A stretch of DNA of 52,572 nucleotides, filler included, from Streblomastix strix (Eukaryota): assembly GCA_008636045.1 (NCBI GenBank). It is 2 parts of 2 records of this genome, joined end to end, with 100 filler letters (N's around TTAATTAATTAA, not from the genome) between each part and the next. Parts side by side here need not be neighbours in the genome. Positions count along the whole stretch, not along the records: positions 26,342 to 52,572 come from SNRW01000174.1; 1 more part is not named here. One strand, given 5' to 3'. Positions within the stretch are counted from its first letter, which is position 1; each line of letters opens with the position of its first letter. The notes below the pieces were generated by a model. It ran no database searches and was not told the DNA's origin. It saw only the letters and a list, made by a program, of their open reading frames with translations. Made by a program: the position numbers and the translations under genes. Of the stretch, positions 38,626 to 52,572 are shown one piece after another.

Positions 38626-41600
38626 TCATTACTAAACATTTCCTTCATCACCATAAAATGCTTTCAATTTTACAGCAAAGTTGTGAATAAAAGTTGATCC
38701 ACCTGATGTTCCTTTGACTGTGCATAATACTTGTGTTGATAACCAGCTTCCTTCCAAGTAAATAGTCTAAGTAGGATCTAAAGGTGTGTATTCAAAGGGA
38801 AACACACGCACATATGGCTTAGTAGAGTATTTTGATTAGAGGATGGTGTTAGTAAGTAATTCAGTTGATGAAAGTGCTTCTCCTTTCTTATCCTTATCCC
38901 CTTTATCAGCTTTTTATTTGTCGCCAATATCCAATGGTCCTGTTCCAGAGTTGTCAAATACAATTCGCATTTATTTCCAGTTGAAGCCCTTCAGTCTCGC
39001 ATCATCAGATGGTTCAGGTATAGAAAATTCATAAACCTCAACTTGACCAGCACCAGATTTATCAACCTTACCACCGCCTTATTCTCTTTCTGGTTTCTGA
39101 TCCGCTGTTCCAACACCAGGCGCTTTCTTTTTTTCACCTTTTGATAAATCTGATTCAGCCGCTTTTCCTGCTGCTTCTAATTTTTGTGTTGCAACTGATT
39201 CAAGAAGTTGAGAGAGTGTTTAAATTGATGTAAAAGTACTGCACGGCTGAGGACAACCAAAAACAATATGTCTAACCCGAGTAGCATTTTTCTCCTCCAA
39301 CTTTCTTGCAATTAATTTCTGATTGGCAATTTCAGCATCTTCAAGAATATTATCTTATTTAATGTCTTCATTTGCATCTTTTGTTATATTTTTGTCTTTT
39401 GGTGTGAAAAAGATATTTATTTCAGCTGGCAAGTCTCCTGCTGGATGTGGAACCAATACTTGTGCTGAATCCAATTGTCCCTGTTGAAATGGTTGTGTGA
39501 AAGTTGAAGCAGGCAGAGAAAGGAATGAGAATATTGATCCAGCTGGACATGTTGGGTTACTAAGTGAGATGGTTGGCCTTGAAAAGGAACCTATTAATGT
39601 TGAACATCCACCTTCCTGACTCATTGTATCAACTTGATCAGCAGCTATAAACACTGGTTATGACCAAGCTCTTCCAACAACAGGCAGAATAATCGCTTTC
39701 TAAGCTGCTGGGACTATAACAGAAAGAGTCCCACGGAAGAAGAGTGATGGTTCAGTGGGTGCAAAGCAGAGATAGAAAGTGTGTTTGGATTGTGGTTTTA
39801 CAACTGCTTTTGGAGGTGTAAGTGGATGAAAGAAAAATGGTGAATTGGCGATATTAGATCGTGTGGAGTTCTTTGTTCCATCTTGAGTTATTTTGAGAGT
39901 TGGACTAAGTGGAAAGTCGCTTGAATTGCAGAATGCAACAGCTATCACACGTGCAATTATAGCTTGTGAATTGTTGAGATCAATTTTTTGAAGACCAGGT
40001 TATGCAAGTCCTACTTCTCCAAAATCAATTCCTGTCTCTTCGTGAGCTAAAATACCCTTTTCTCCCAATTCGATGCTAAATATCGGTGCTGTGCCTACTC
40101 CAGTCAATCTCAAGGAAATATCATTAGATGAATGAACTTCTCCNNNNNNNNNNNNNNNNNNNNNNNNNNNNNNNNNNNNNNNNNNNNNNNNNNNNNNNNN
40201 NNNNNNNNNNNNNNNNNNNNNNNNNNNNNNNNNNNNNNNNNNNGCATTTCTCTGCTGTCTTCTCTTTTCAGCTTCATCTTTACGGATATAGAAGAGTGGC
40301 ACAATAAATGTGCGTGAAGTGTTTGGGAACTCTTCAACTATGGGCGTCTCTTGCGCATTCTCAGCAATTTCAGCATGACAATAATATAGGCCTTCCAAAA
40401 CACTTCTCATTCCTCTTCTACGTTTCTTTATAAGATCTAAGTCTTATTATTTATTTTTACCTTTTAATGCTGAAGTCGATTGCTTATCTGTTGAAGTATT
40501 AGATGCTTTGGTTGTGAATTTTTCTGGATTTGTAACTAGCATCTAATTCTGATTAAATAATGTTCCATTCAAAAATTCAGCAAACAATTCCTTCTCAGAT
40601 CTGTAAAGTGCGCCCATTGGATTCTTCTTCCTTTCAGCTTCATCAGATTCCTCCTCAATCTTCTTCTGTCTGGCCAATTCTTATTCTTCTCTCTCTTAAT
40701 TCTCCCGAGCAATCCTCTCTTATTCAGCTGCCGCATTGGCTGCTTCTCTTTCTGCTTTTTCTTTCTGAGATTCTTTCTTCCCAGCAGCTGCTTTCTTGTC
40801 TGCAGCTGCTGATTATGCAGGTTATTTCCCTTTTTGATCTTAGGATGATTCATCCATTTTTTCAGCTTCACCAGATTTCACTTCCCCAACATCACTTTAA
40901 GCTGAAGATTTTAATTTGGTTTCAGTAATTAGATTTTATTTCTCAACTTCTACCCCATAAACTTTCTTACCGACCTCAAACATTTCTTCTAATAAAGACG
41001 GTGCAATGCCAACTTCAACGCCAATCGCTGACTTTTAGGATAGACGCTCTTTACTATAAATACCTGATGGTCCCAAATTATCATCAGTTTGATCATCACC
41101 AATTGAGTTATTACTATTTATATCGTGATTGTTATTCTTTTTAGCTTTTTTCTTTGGACTCTGGGGATTTTCTTTTATTCCAATAAGATATCTTGACAAC
41201 ACTGTTCCGACAGAAGGAGTAATCTGAAGTGCTGGATGAGGAGAAATGAATTGGAAAATATACGATCCAGTGTTTTTGAATGCATCTTCTTCCTGTGCGT
41301 TTAGGTTCTGAGGGACTGATGATGCATACTTCGTAAAATCATCCTCAAAATCCTCTGTGCATTCGACATTAACTCTGACACGTCCAACCTCACCCCAAGC
41401 AACTGGTCCAATCTCAGCATTGGCAGGAGTTAACATAAGAGGAGGACGAACACAATTAGCTTTTATATTCAGTTTGAATTATCTCCCACTGTCAGATGCC
41501 AGGTTTAGTACTGTTTATAATGGATCTGGTGTCTGAGGAGTAATTGTAACACACAATCTTTGAGTCTCTTTTGGTAATAGAAGTCCAATTCCTTCATGTG

Positions 41601-44600
41601 GTGTAACTTCNNNNNNNNNNNNNNNNNNNNNNNNNNNNNNNNNNNNNNNNNNNNNNNNNNNNNNNNNNNNNNNNNNNNNNNNNNNNNNNNNNNNNNNNNN
41701 NNNNNNNNNNTCCCACTGTCAGATGCCAGGTTTAGTACTGTTTATAATGGATCTGGTGTCTGAGGAGTAATTGTAACACACAATCTTTGAGTCTCTTTTG
41801 GTAATAGAAGTCCAATTCCTTCATGTGGTGTAACTTCAATCTCTTTAGGTAAGTGAATGAATGCATAATGTTATGGAAGAAGAGAATGATTGTTGAGAAG
41901 AAGAGGAGATGATACACTCCCACCATATGGAATAGAACCCAAGTCAAGAATTGTGATTTCTTATTAAGTAACTGTTTTAATCTTCAAATCTTCTTACATT
42001 GCATCATCAGCTGTCTGTTTTTATTCTTATTTATTATCCTGTTAATTGTCTGACTTCTGATCTTCAATTGGGAGACCAAATGAAATCTCAGGAGATGAAA
42101 TTGTAGCTCGAAAGAGGAATGTAGCTGGAAGTGGTTAATCTACAACATGAATACTTATTGGAACTTCAACAAGCGCTTATGTTTTATCCACATAACTTGG
42201 AGGTAAGAAATCAAATATGTTTGGCTGAGGATGAAATCTCAGTCTGAAATTCAAATTTCCTCCATTAGCCTAACAGAAACCCATTTCAGGGACTGCATTA
42301 AGGAAAGGTTACAATGGTTGTGGGATCTCGATATGACATTGAAGTGATATTTTGCTTCTGTTATAAGCAATGAGAGTATCTCTATATGGTTCTCCCATAT
42401 GACAGACTTTGAAATCTACTATATCACGCTCTAAGAATATAGCAACATCTGTGCCACATCCTTCAACTAGCACATAAACAGGACCAGAATGAACAGGTTG
42501 CCTTCGAAATACTATCTTAGGTTTCTTTTTCTATTCTATATTAAATTAATCATCTTAGCTGTTTGCACTTTCATATGAGTTGATAGCTGCATTTAAATCA
42601 TCGTCTTCTTCATCATTATCTTCTTCATTGCCATCAAATTTAATGCAAAGAGCTGCTCTAAACTTCCCCACAACTCTTGGCTCAAATTCCAACTGAACTT
42701 TCTGTGTTGAATATCCTTCCAACTTCCCAAATCTCGTTCCAACTGAAACAACTCCCTTCCAATTGGCTTCAGTGTCAAGTGGTGAGTCATTTACTTCTTG
42801 TTTATTTGTAAGAGTTCTAATTTTATCTTTATATGATGGAGTCTTGAATGTATCATCGCCAACCTAATTATTTTATTCAAATACGTTCTCTCCATCAAGC
42901 TTCTAAATAATTTCTTCTTCTTCTTCATCTTCTTCATCATCATATTTATAATTCAAATCTTCTTCTGGTCCAATTCCTTATCCTCTCAAAGTTATATTCC
43001 CTTTCATTGTCTTTGTTTGCAATATCTCTTCTTACATCTCCAAAGCCGCTGATTTCTTCTGCTTCTTCAATAATCCAGCTCCAATATCATCTTTATCTGT
43101 TTTCCCTTTCAATTTGTTCTATTTAGATTTCCCCTTCTTTGATGGACCTGAAGATGTTGTTGTTGCTGGAAAGAAGAAGACATCTGGTGATTCAGACATA
43201 AGAACATCTCTGAGTGTGCGTTGAGTACTATAATTATTGAGTGTTGCATTTGGTTTATCTTTTGTTTCTGTTTTTAATGGTCGACTTGCCAGTGTCGATC
43301 CGAATGGCCCACGTAATTAATTTACAGTTTGACTCTATGTTTAATTTTATTAATTACCCAATTAGCTGTTAAGAGTATTCTGTTTCTAGTCTCTGACCGT
43401 TTTCATTTTCTCAAGAGTCTCCAATACTCCTTTTGGAATTTGTTCAGCAGATATAACAAAGTTTCTTTATAGAGCTCCATCGTTGTGCAATTCTATAAAA
43501 GCTTTACCAATACCTCCGAGCATTACAGGCTCAAATTCAAGAGCACGAGGTTCATTTATACGCATCTGTTCAAGGAATTTTGTCTTCATTGTAGCTGCTT
43601 GGTGATTCTTAGTTGAAGCATCTACAACAGACTTGTGAACATTCAATGCTTTATCAGCATCAAAACTATCTTTCTGATTCTTCTATCCACCGAAACACAG
43701 TGATGGAGTCACAGTCAGTAACGCCAAACGTCTCATACAACGAACAGGGACAGCAAATTCTCCACCAAATTCTGCATCAAAAACCAAATTGAATGAAAGA
43801 TCTCTGTTGATCTGAGGTGAGAAGATGATAGTTGCTGGCACAGATATACCAGCTGAAATGTGACCAGGTGGTGCGATATTGACAGTGAAGAATTGAGCAA
43901 CACTTCCATCAATTGGCCGCATTTGGAATGAATTGATTCGATTGGATACATTCATGAGCAGAAATTTCACTTCATAACTTTTTCTTTAACCAGCTGTCTC
44001 TGCGCTGTCTTGGTTGGCGGCTGCTCTTGGAATCACTTCAAAATCTTTGAATACAATAATTCTTGGATCTGGAAGAAAAGGAGGTCTTGTTTTGGATGTT
44101 CCATCATCCTTAGCTTATTTCTTCTTTCTGTGTAATTCTGTCACATCTCTGATTATCTCTCTGAAATTCGGCCTCTTAGTATTTGGTTATTAATGCCTTC
44201 GTGTAACTGTTTCAAAAGAAGTTGAAGTAGAGAAATCGTCTGGTGAGAATTAGCGAGATTTAATTGTACCATTCGCTCCTTCAGTGTTTTCTGCATTTCT
44301 TTTCAAAGCATTTGCAACAACAGAACCAATGGCTTATTTTGTATTGAAAGTTATTGGAAGGTCAGATATTATAGATGAAGCAGTCTGATTTCGTTATATT
44401 TATATTTGTTTCTTCTTCTGCTTCTATTAATTTGCATCTCCTTATCCTTTTCCAATATCTTCATCAGAATCATCCTCACTGTCTTCAATTATTTCACCTT
44501 TCAATTTCTTAGCTTCATATACAAGAGCTTCAAATACATCCCCTAAATCTCCTTATGCTTATTATTCAGCTTTTGCTTTATTAGAGCTCAAACTATACAA

Positions 44601-46585
44601 TTCTCTTGCAAGTAGGTCATGAATGTTATTCAATTCATCATTTGTAAGTTTATCCATCCAATTACTTCCTTATTTATTTGATCTTGATGTTGTTAGTAAT
44701 TATGATCCTTTGATTCCTTTTCCTTGTTTATTATCAGCTGTTTATGCTCCTTAAACATCCTTTATCTGAAATGATATCTACTCTCTTTCTCCAGGAGCAA
44801 GTGCAGCAACAGGCGGTTCATATTTGTGCCAAAGTCCAACTTGATCTGTGTCTGGTGCAATTCACGTATCATTTTTCTTATTCTTCTGATTTCTTCCTTT
44901 TCCTCCCAAACCTGATTTCTTTGTCCCCAATGATTTCATTGTCTGTATTGACTACCCTTCACTCTCTTATTCACTGACTTCATCTTCTTAATCTCCATCA
45001 TCATTGAGTGGTGGGAGACCATTCAATTCTCTTTCTTTAGATTACATGTCTGCAAAATGCTTCTCAATCTTACGTGTCACTTATCCATAATTGATTTCTG
45101 TTTTGAGTTTTCTGCTGTCACTCACTTTAGCTACTTCGCTTGCATGGAAATTTGTGTGTCCAGTTGCATCTATTACTTCAACACCTGCTAATGTATGCGC
45201 TTTAATATATTCTGCAATCTTTTCTTGTTATGCAATTGTCCCTTAACTTTTCATATAATCTCTTTCTTCTTGTTTTATTGCTGCTTATTTTTCCTTTAAT
45301 TGAAGATATCTACAAAAATATATATGTATATTATAAATATATAATTATATTAAAGAGATTATTGATCTTAATAAAATAAACCTTATTCCATCTTTTTCTG
45401 TATCAATTCTAATCTTCTCCTTTGCATCTTCCAATCTCTTCATTAAATCTCTTCTTTATTTCTCCCTTTAATTTGCCATATCTCTTCTTCTATATATTTC
45501 ATAGGGATTCTCACCCATTGCAACAATACTGTCGTGTTCCTTCTCAAACTTTTCTTATCTTTCTGCTTATTGTTTCAAACTGGAATAAAGATACAATAAT
45601 ATAAATAATAATAAATTAGTATTAATGCAAACATAAGAAGTCTGTTCTCTTTAAATCCTACACTTGCTCTATCCATATCCTTCTTTAGTTCCAGAATCCT
45701 CCTCATCTTCGTTTCTTAATCCTATTCATGTCTTTATTGTTTTTATTTATCGTTTTATTCATCTTTCAATTATTACTCATGCATCCTATTTCTAGCTTTG
45801 TCAGAATATATCTGAGCTTGTTGTATTATATTCAAGTCTCTCTCAAGCGCATGATTAATGGTCTTCTCAACATTTGCAAGTTACTAAACTCTCCTTCGAG
45901 CGTAGCTATTTAATAGTATAAATATATATAATAATAATAATAATAATAAATGTAAAAATAATATGATCACTTTTCAGCCTGTAACTCCTCTAATTTCTAT
46001 CTCTCTTTAGCTATCTCTGCATGTATTTTGTATGTTTTCTCTTCTTCTTCTTCAAGATCCTTCTCTTGGGTAAGAATTGTAATACCAGCGATAGTCCCAC
46101 GCTCTGCATTTTTTAGATTTTCAGTCTCCAATTGTATTTCTTCTTCTTTCTCATATTTCTCCTGCAATTTCTTCTGCCACATTGATTTTAAAACTTCAAA
46201 CTGTGGATCATTGGATAACGATGTGAAACTAGCTTCTGTGACTTTTATTTCAAAATCTTCAGCTTCTGCACATATTGTTCGATATTAATTATTGAGAAGA
46301 CTCAACTACAAAAAGAAAAAAACCATAAGTTCAATAATTGTAATAAGTATTTGTATACCTTGTCGAGTCTACTTTCCACAAATTGAGATTTTTTATTAAG
46401 TTTCTTCTGAATAGAGCGAATTTCTTCGAGTTTTGCATCTCTAACTTTATTTGAAATTTGCTTTACAACAAAAAAGGATAAATAAATAAGAAAGAAGTAT
46501 ATAATTTAGTGACTGATCAACATACTACAGATGTGTTATGAAGATCTGTAACGTCAAAGACCCTAGTTTTCTTTCCTTCTGCCAT
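38626..46585 (-). CDS. CFAP74: Cilia- and flagella-associated protein 74 (ASH/PapD-like domains)
   Basis: N-terminal coiled coil in several short exons, then PDPRIIVFKDFEV, LMNVSNRINSF..FTVNIAPPGHISAGIS..IFSPQINRDL..GEFAVPVRC and QHYAFIHLPKEIEVTPHEGIGLLLPKE. Ends TAG TAA TGA; spans two scaffold gaps. Confidence 0.85.
41484..41837. other. False scaffold gap with 127-bp overlap
   Basis: 41484-41610 is repeated exactly at 41711-41837 across 100 N. Confidence 0.9.
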
Positions 46586-46709
46586 ATAAGTCTCTTATAA
46601 AGAATTTAATCTAGAAATAAAAATTTAAAAAAAAAAAAAAATTTAAAAATATGTTTTTTGAAGCTAATGAGATGATGTATTTTATGCATTTAAAATAATC
46701 GTATTTAAG

Positions 46710-46830
46710 GTATATTTTAATGTGAAAATCAATTCATTTGATTGCAAAATATGTTCTTGTCTTGGATAAACACTCGATTTAAGTTTCAAATTTTATCGTG
46801 CAATTGAAAGAGAGTTAAAAATAAAAATTA
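46710..46830. repeat. 121-bp dispersed repeat, copy 1 (upstream of CFAP74)
   Basis: Direct repeat of 52452-52572 with two mismatches seen. Confidence 0.9.
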
Positions 46831-47167
46831 ATAGTGAATTCATTTATAAAATTAGAAATATTTAAAAGAAATTACTTCGAATGAAATTTGGTTAAATTGC
46901 GCGGTCGGGAAACGATAAAAATATATATTTCAGGCGATTCGCACAATAGAAGAAAAATATTGAATAATAACAGCAATAATAGTAGCATGTTATAGATTAA
47001 CTGGCAGATAAATATTTAGAATACTCTAGCTAATGTGCGTACAAGTGAAAACAACGAACAACAGCTCCAATTTCAATTCAATCTCAATCTCCACTAATAA
47101 CTCAATTGCAAACACCCATTATAAACTCAATTTATTTATATTAATTTAATAAAATAAATTAATATAT

Positions 47168-49767
47168 TCACTCTGTTTTTCGTCTTCGTTTGCGATTCAT
47201 GTTTTTTTGCTCTTATTATCCTTATTCGACTTCATCATCCTCTCCTCTCTTTCTTTTCAATTTCTTCCCTTATGAAATTGCTTCTTCTCTTTTCCTTTCA
47301 ACTTTCTTTCTTTCTTGTTTACTTTCTTATTCACCAACATCATCTTCATCTTCATCGTCATTATCTTCTTCTACTTTATCCTTCTAAAACAGTTTGTATG
47401 TTTCTGAAGGAATCTGTGACAATGAATGTAACGACTCCTTTGTATTTGGAGTAAGAATATTCACTACAAGTTACCGGATGCCTGCTTCAGGATACTTCTG
47501 CTCATAAAATAAAAAACAATGAGAAATAAAATCATGCTTAAAAAAAGTTTTATAACAAACAAGTAATGTGTCCAACTCAGAAACAACATCAGCTCCTTCA
47601 GCTCCACAAAAATCTGGATCATCAATATCCTCACGAAAAACAACACATTTTGTTTCACCACGAAACATTTATTGAACGTTCTAACAAACCTATATTGATT
47701 TATATTGAATATAATTATAAAAATTTTTAATATATATATTAAATCAAACTTTTGAGATTGCTCTTACACATTAAAGTATTGCAGCTATTTCTGCTTTATT
47801 ATCAGTTGCTAATTGTAGCGATTTTGAAGATGATGAAGATGATGTTTGTGAGAATCTTACAGCTGTTTAAAGGAGCCTTTTTACAAATGCCATACAACGA
47901 ACAGAAGAAAGATTTCCAGATCGAACAGCAAGAGCATCGAGACATTAGATTATCAATGGAATATTTTCCTATTGCAATGTGTTATTATTCAATATTTATG
48001 ATTTGTATTAAGTTTCATTAACCCAAGAAGGAAGTAATCGATAGATCGTACAATATAATATTCGTTAATCAACCTGTAATGCATCAGCATGAAGTGTCAT
48101 TATATTTAGTGAGGCCAATATAAGTGAAATTGTTGATTCAAAATCTAGTAATAATTATGGAGTATAATCAGAATTAGTTTTTAATTATTGATCTGTCTTA
48201 GCAGACTAATCAATTTTATCCTTTTTCCCTTTCCCATTTTCTTTTATTGTCTATTTTTATTATTAGTTATCGCTCAATTTAATCTCCTTTTCATTTTCAA
48301 CAATTTCATCCTGGCTTTAATTTTATTCATCCAAAAGAAGCCTGATTCGGAGAAGAAGATCAGAAACAAGTTAAACATTCAAGTGATGAGCAATCCGTGA
48401 GAGTCCTTGAAGAGCTGGAACAATCAACTCACGAACAATCTGTCTGTTTCCAGCTCCACCTGCAACAGTAGTCGATAGTTCAATCAATTGAGGAGATGCA
48501 TCAAGTGCAATTGAATACACTCTCACAACACATCTGAGAAGACTGGTCCCAACTTTCTGCTTTTATTCAACAGACTGCACTGCCTCTGCTTCAGCCAAAT
48601 CACGCTATAGCTCCCTTCCTATTTTCTCAGACATGTTTTCTTTCTAATTTTCTGTCTATTATTTTTCGGTTTAATTTACTCCTCGTTTATTTGGTCTCTC
48701 ACCTCGGAGCTTGATTTTTATTTCTTGTTGATCTTTCTATTTACTTTTTTATTTGGGATTATTCAATGTGTTTCTTATTCTTATTGATTGCAAACATGTA
48801 AAAAACTAATTATATATAAGTTAAATAAAGAAATAATGTTAAATAATTATTTTAGACATATGAAATATAGTCAAACTTCTTGTGGTACAATTTAATTTTC
48901 CCTATTCTTATAATGATTTTAAGATTATTTAATTTCAAAAGCTGATGAAGCATTTTTTATTTTTTTCAATGCTTTCTTTTCTTATATTTTTCTTGAGCGA
49001 ATTCTGTCCTATAAAAACTTTTCCATATATTCAACTACTGCCAAAGACGAATATTATTCTGCATCAGTCTCAAAAAGAGTTTGAAGAGCATCAGTTACAA
49101 TTAAAGTCTATTAAAATTAATATAATATGTTAAATTGTAGAAATAAAAGAAATTCATACCAGTTGAGGTCGACATATTAAAGGCACAACAACTTTAATCA
49201 TATTAAGGAAGAAATTGAAATGATGTTGAGACACTAAAAGTGAGCAGAGAGCTTTTGCAGCTGGTTGAGACAATATTTGATCTAATAGAAAATATATTAC
49301 ATATAATAAAATGGAATAAATATAATAAACAAAACCTGCTAGAAAAGTTTCAAGCAGTTTCAGAAAGCGTTAATAATGCAATATGATTTTTCGCTCATAT
49401 TTTCGTAATTATTTCACACCAGCAGATAACTATATGATATATTTAATAATAAAAAGTAATATACTAACTAAAATATTAAACAAACTTTACTTTCATCCTC
49501 TTCTTAAACTCTAATTCGATAACCAGGGATCAGGTCAGATAAGACAAAGAGCTCAATTTCAATCGCTTCAGCAACTATCTCCTTATCTTTATATGCGCAG
49601 AAAGAGTGAATGTCGGAGATTTGATCTATCTATAAGTATATTTGTGAATAACATAAAATAATTTTTATTATATTATTATATACATTAAATTCTGGCCTGC
49701 CCAAGATTGAAATGCTAATTTGCTTCATTCTGTTCAAAGCAGCTTGTTTCCCTAGTTACTGATCCAT
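47168..49767 (-). CDS. NOC3: Nucleolar complex-associated protein 3 (multi-exon; 5' end uncertain)
   Basis: SILGRPEFN, DLIPGYRIR, LRKYERKIILHYQRFL, HHFNF and FREDIDDPDFCGAEGADVVSEL match Noc3/CBF motifs. Acidic then basic tail RKRRRKTE-TGA. An upstream exon may exist. Confidence 0.85.
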
Positions 49768-50419
49768 TATTGAAATATAACAGCCTTCTGATAATACATA
49801 TAAAAATTAATTGTAATTATAAGAATATGTCAATGAAATAATAGAGATCTGGACAACAAATTGATAAATAGAATAAACTAAAGTTTGGATGTGATATTTA
49901 TATGCTTATTTTCTTATTTTATTCAAGTACAAATCATAAAAATAGTTAAAATATTTATATAAAATATATTTAACGCATTAAATTGTGTTATATATTTCAC
50001 AGCGTAAGAAAAACCTGTTTTAAGTTTAATAAAAATAATCATAATTTTCTGGGGAACAGTAATAAAAAAATTGTTAAAATTGTTTATATTATCAATGAAT
50101 ATAAATATTATTTTATTTAAAAGAATACATTAAAAAAATTTATTCTATTTATGATGGAAAATATGGTTTTGATTAAAATTTTCATTTAAACATTCAATTA
50201 TCGACATTTTTTTGAAATTGTGTTGAAATTGAGCAAAATAATACAATATATTAAAGAAAATCACGTTAAAATAGAAAATTATCTGGAGGATTCTGCAATT
50301 TTCAAATTTAGAAAAAAAATAACGAAAATTAATTATTAGAATTAAATTTATGTTTATTGAAATGGGTTGAAATCTGCCAGATATTTGAAATGAAATTAAA
50401 TGAATCCTTGTTAAACTCA

Positions 50420-52360
50420 TCAGACCATCATATTAAGATCTTGGTTTTCTGAACTGCCTCCAATAACTTTCTTAACTTCCATCACAAATTTTCCTGAATT
50501 TGGCATCTGCCTTGAGAATTTCAGTTCAGTCCTATCTTTCTCATTGTGCTGCTTCATAAGATACTACTTTTCATCATCATCCTAACTTATCTCAGATCCA
50601 AGCTTCTTGTTTGTCTCCTGTTGTGTCTTCACCATAAATGTCTGGAATTCTGTTACTGAATAAGAAGGTGATGCAATCCCAAGATGGACATACTTTTGAA
50701 GAGATGCATCTTCTACCTCTACTTCATTATCAATCTGATTCAATGCACGACTGTTTCCAGGTTCTAATCTCTTTGTTACCATCATTGGGACTTTTGATCT
50801 TTATGTTCCTGATGTTTGAGTGCGACGAGTGCGATTGGCAGATTTCTGAGGTGATTCTTCCAAATCTTTTATAGTCACAATTTTCCCTTAACGATCAGAT
50901 GTCTTAATGCGAGTAGTTGTAGCCCTTGGTATCCCATCTTCTGATTGTGTCCTCTGACTTGTGTATTAATCCTGAATTTCATCTGGATTCTCGTCTATTG
51001 TATAATCTCCTAACTCTTCACCATCTACAATCTGACCCATAAGAACACCCTCCATCTATTTCCTGACTGATGACTTATATAGATTCAGATTCTTATCTCC
51101 AAGCGATCTTTGATTTGGTGTCAGAGCTGGATTCTACTTCCTCGCTTTCTTCTCCTTCAAAGCTCCCATTCCAATTCCACCTCCACCTCCAAGCACAACA
51201 GCTGAACTAACCCCCCTTTCCCTTCTCTCTTCTACTTTCTTCTCAGTTGCTTCTATTATGGATCTGTCTGCTCTTTTGGCCTTCTTCTTCTTCTTCTTCA
51301 CAAGTATGGTGCCTACTGGAAGTTACTTGACTGCATGTTCTGCTTCTTCTTTCTCTTTACCTGGTTGTTCAACTTCCAAATCAAAAACAAGATCTTCTCC
51401 ATCTTCATCTGAACTCTCTGCTTCTTCAATTATAATTCCAAGTTATTTGGCAATTTCAACTCTTTTGTTACCCTTCTTCAAGTTAATGTTTGACTGAATA
51501 TCCATCTGAGGCACAGTTTTCGATGAAAAAGGAGAAAACTCTCCGCGTTTCTATTATCGATCAGGATCAGAGAATACTTCAGCAAATGGTGACTATCCTA
51601 TTTTAATTCCCATATCTTAGTTTATACCAGAGTTCAACTGCTGTTGAGCAGCAATTTGGCAGATTCCTTTTGCTTTTGTCAAATTCTAATCTCCTTTCTT
51701 ATCAACTTCATCTGCCTGATCATTTCTGGTTTCTTCAAATTTATCTTTTTCTTCATCTGGTGAAATTATTCCCATTTCTTTCATCACCTTCTTACGAATC
51801 TTTTGTCTCACTTTGGGATCTGTTGATAAAATAGGTTCAAGACTTGTTTTGTCATTCATGATATCTGTTTTTTCTTTTCCCTTTGCATAAAGAGTTTCTT
51901 AGAAAGTTTAATAAAAGAAATTATAAAGAATATAATCATTAGAATACTTGAGATCGACTCTTAACTTTCTGGGGTTAAATCACTCACATATTTCACAAGC
52001 CTCCTTTAAGATATAGTGTCATTAAATTTGTACTATGAAATTATGTATGGATTGAGCTGTAATGGAACTATATTACCCAATTCGTCTGTCATGACCTATT
52101 AAAGAAAAATTAGCAGAAATTAAAAGATTGAATTGAATATATATTAATAAAATATGCAAACCTTTGATGCATCCATATCGCTAAGTAGTGACTCAACCAT
52201 AGAATTTGTAAGCTACGAAGGCTTTATTTCGATTTTCTTCTATGGAATATAGCTAATTTTCACAAAATAATATTAAATAAATAAAAATATAATATGCATA
52301 CTATCTGACTGAGCGTGAATTGCTTGCTGCTGATTGGGTAAGCTCCCGTGATTATGCCAT
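50420..52360 (-). CDS. Unknown lysine/charged-rich protein, multi-exon; 3' end not resolved
   Basis: ATG at 52360 (MAQSRELTQSAASNSRSVR), GT-AG introns near 52253-52301, 52099-52161 and ~51900-51948, then a ~1.5-kb exon of higher GC content. No family recognised. Confidence 0.65.
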
Positions 52361-52451
52361 TGCAATTATAACTTCTTAAAATAAATATTTAAAAAAATGT
52401 GAAGTTATTTTTGCTATATTATATTTTATATTTGAAAAAGTAATATTTAAT

Positions 52452-52572
52452 GTATATTTTAATGTGTAAATCAATTCATTTGATTGCAAAATATGTTCTT
52501 GTCTTGGATAAACACTCGATTTAAGTTTGAAATTTTATCGTGCAATTGAAAGAGAGTTAAAAATAAAAATTA
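52452..52572. repeat. 121-bp dispersed repeat, copy 2 (upstream of the unknown gene; cut by the window end)
   Basis: Direct repeat of 46710-46830. Confidence 0.9.

Noticed and set aside
35644..41837. 127-bp tandem duplications inside SPEF2 and CFAP74
   Set aside because: Both are exactly 127 bp and flank 100-N gaps, typical of unmerged k-mer overlaps in scaffolding.
1805..51497. ORFs in the supplied six-frame track
   Set aside because: They were computed with TAA/TAG as stops. Most are antisense or off-frame shadows; a few (e.g. 37455-37787, 39355-39948, 41035-41436, 43683-43970) are fragments of the larger code-6 genes.

Overview
AT-rich eukaryotic (protist) DNA that reads TAA/TAG as Gln, with TGA as the only stop (translation table 6), so the supplied standard-code ORF track is almost all noise. 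The code, short AT-rich GT-AG introns and flagellar genes fit an oxymonad such as Streblomastix, but that is inference. The window is two contigs joined by an artificial N-TTAATTAATTAA-N linker (26242-26341). Contig 1 (1-26241) is an end-to-end palindrome (axis 13121, 260-bp unique loop) that folds back at a 361-bp MITE-like element. Each arm carries a decayed ~8.9-kb Polinton/Maverick-like element with 221-bp terminal inverted repeats. It encodes a protein-primed family-B DNA polymerase with an internal HNH-type zinc nuclease domain, an rve-type integrase whose third catalytic residue appears to be D, and a small AT-hook protein; I found no capsid, packaging ATPase or protease gene. The integrase + AT-hook pair sits between its own diverged inverted repeats. 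Outside the element are an atypical tRNA-Cys(GCA), a degenerate copy of it fused to a G-quadruplex-prone tract, and a possible CtIP/Ctp1-like gene. Contig 2 holds ordinary host genes (VPS53 3' part, SPEF2/CPC1, CFAP74, NOC3, one unknown gene) and a 121-bp repeat upstream of two of them. All protein calls come from my hand translation and motif recognition; no database search was run.
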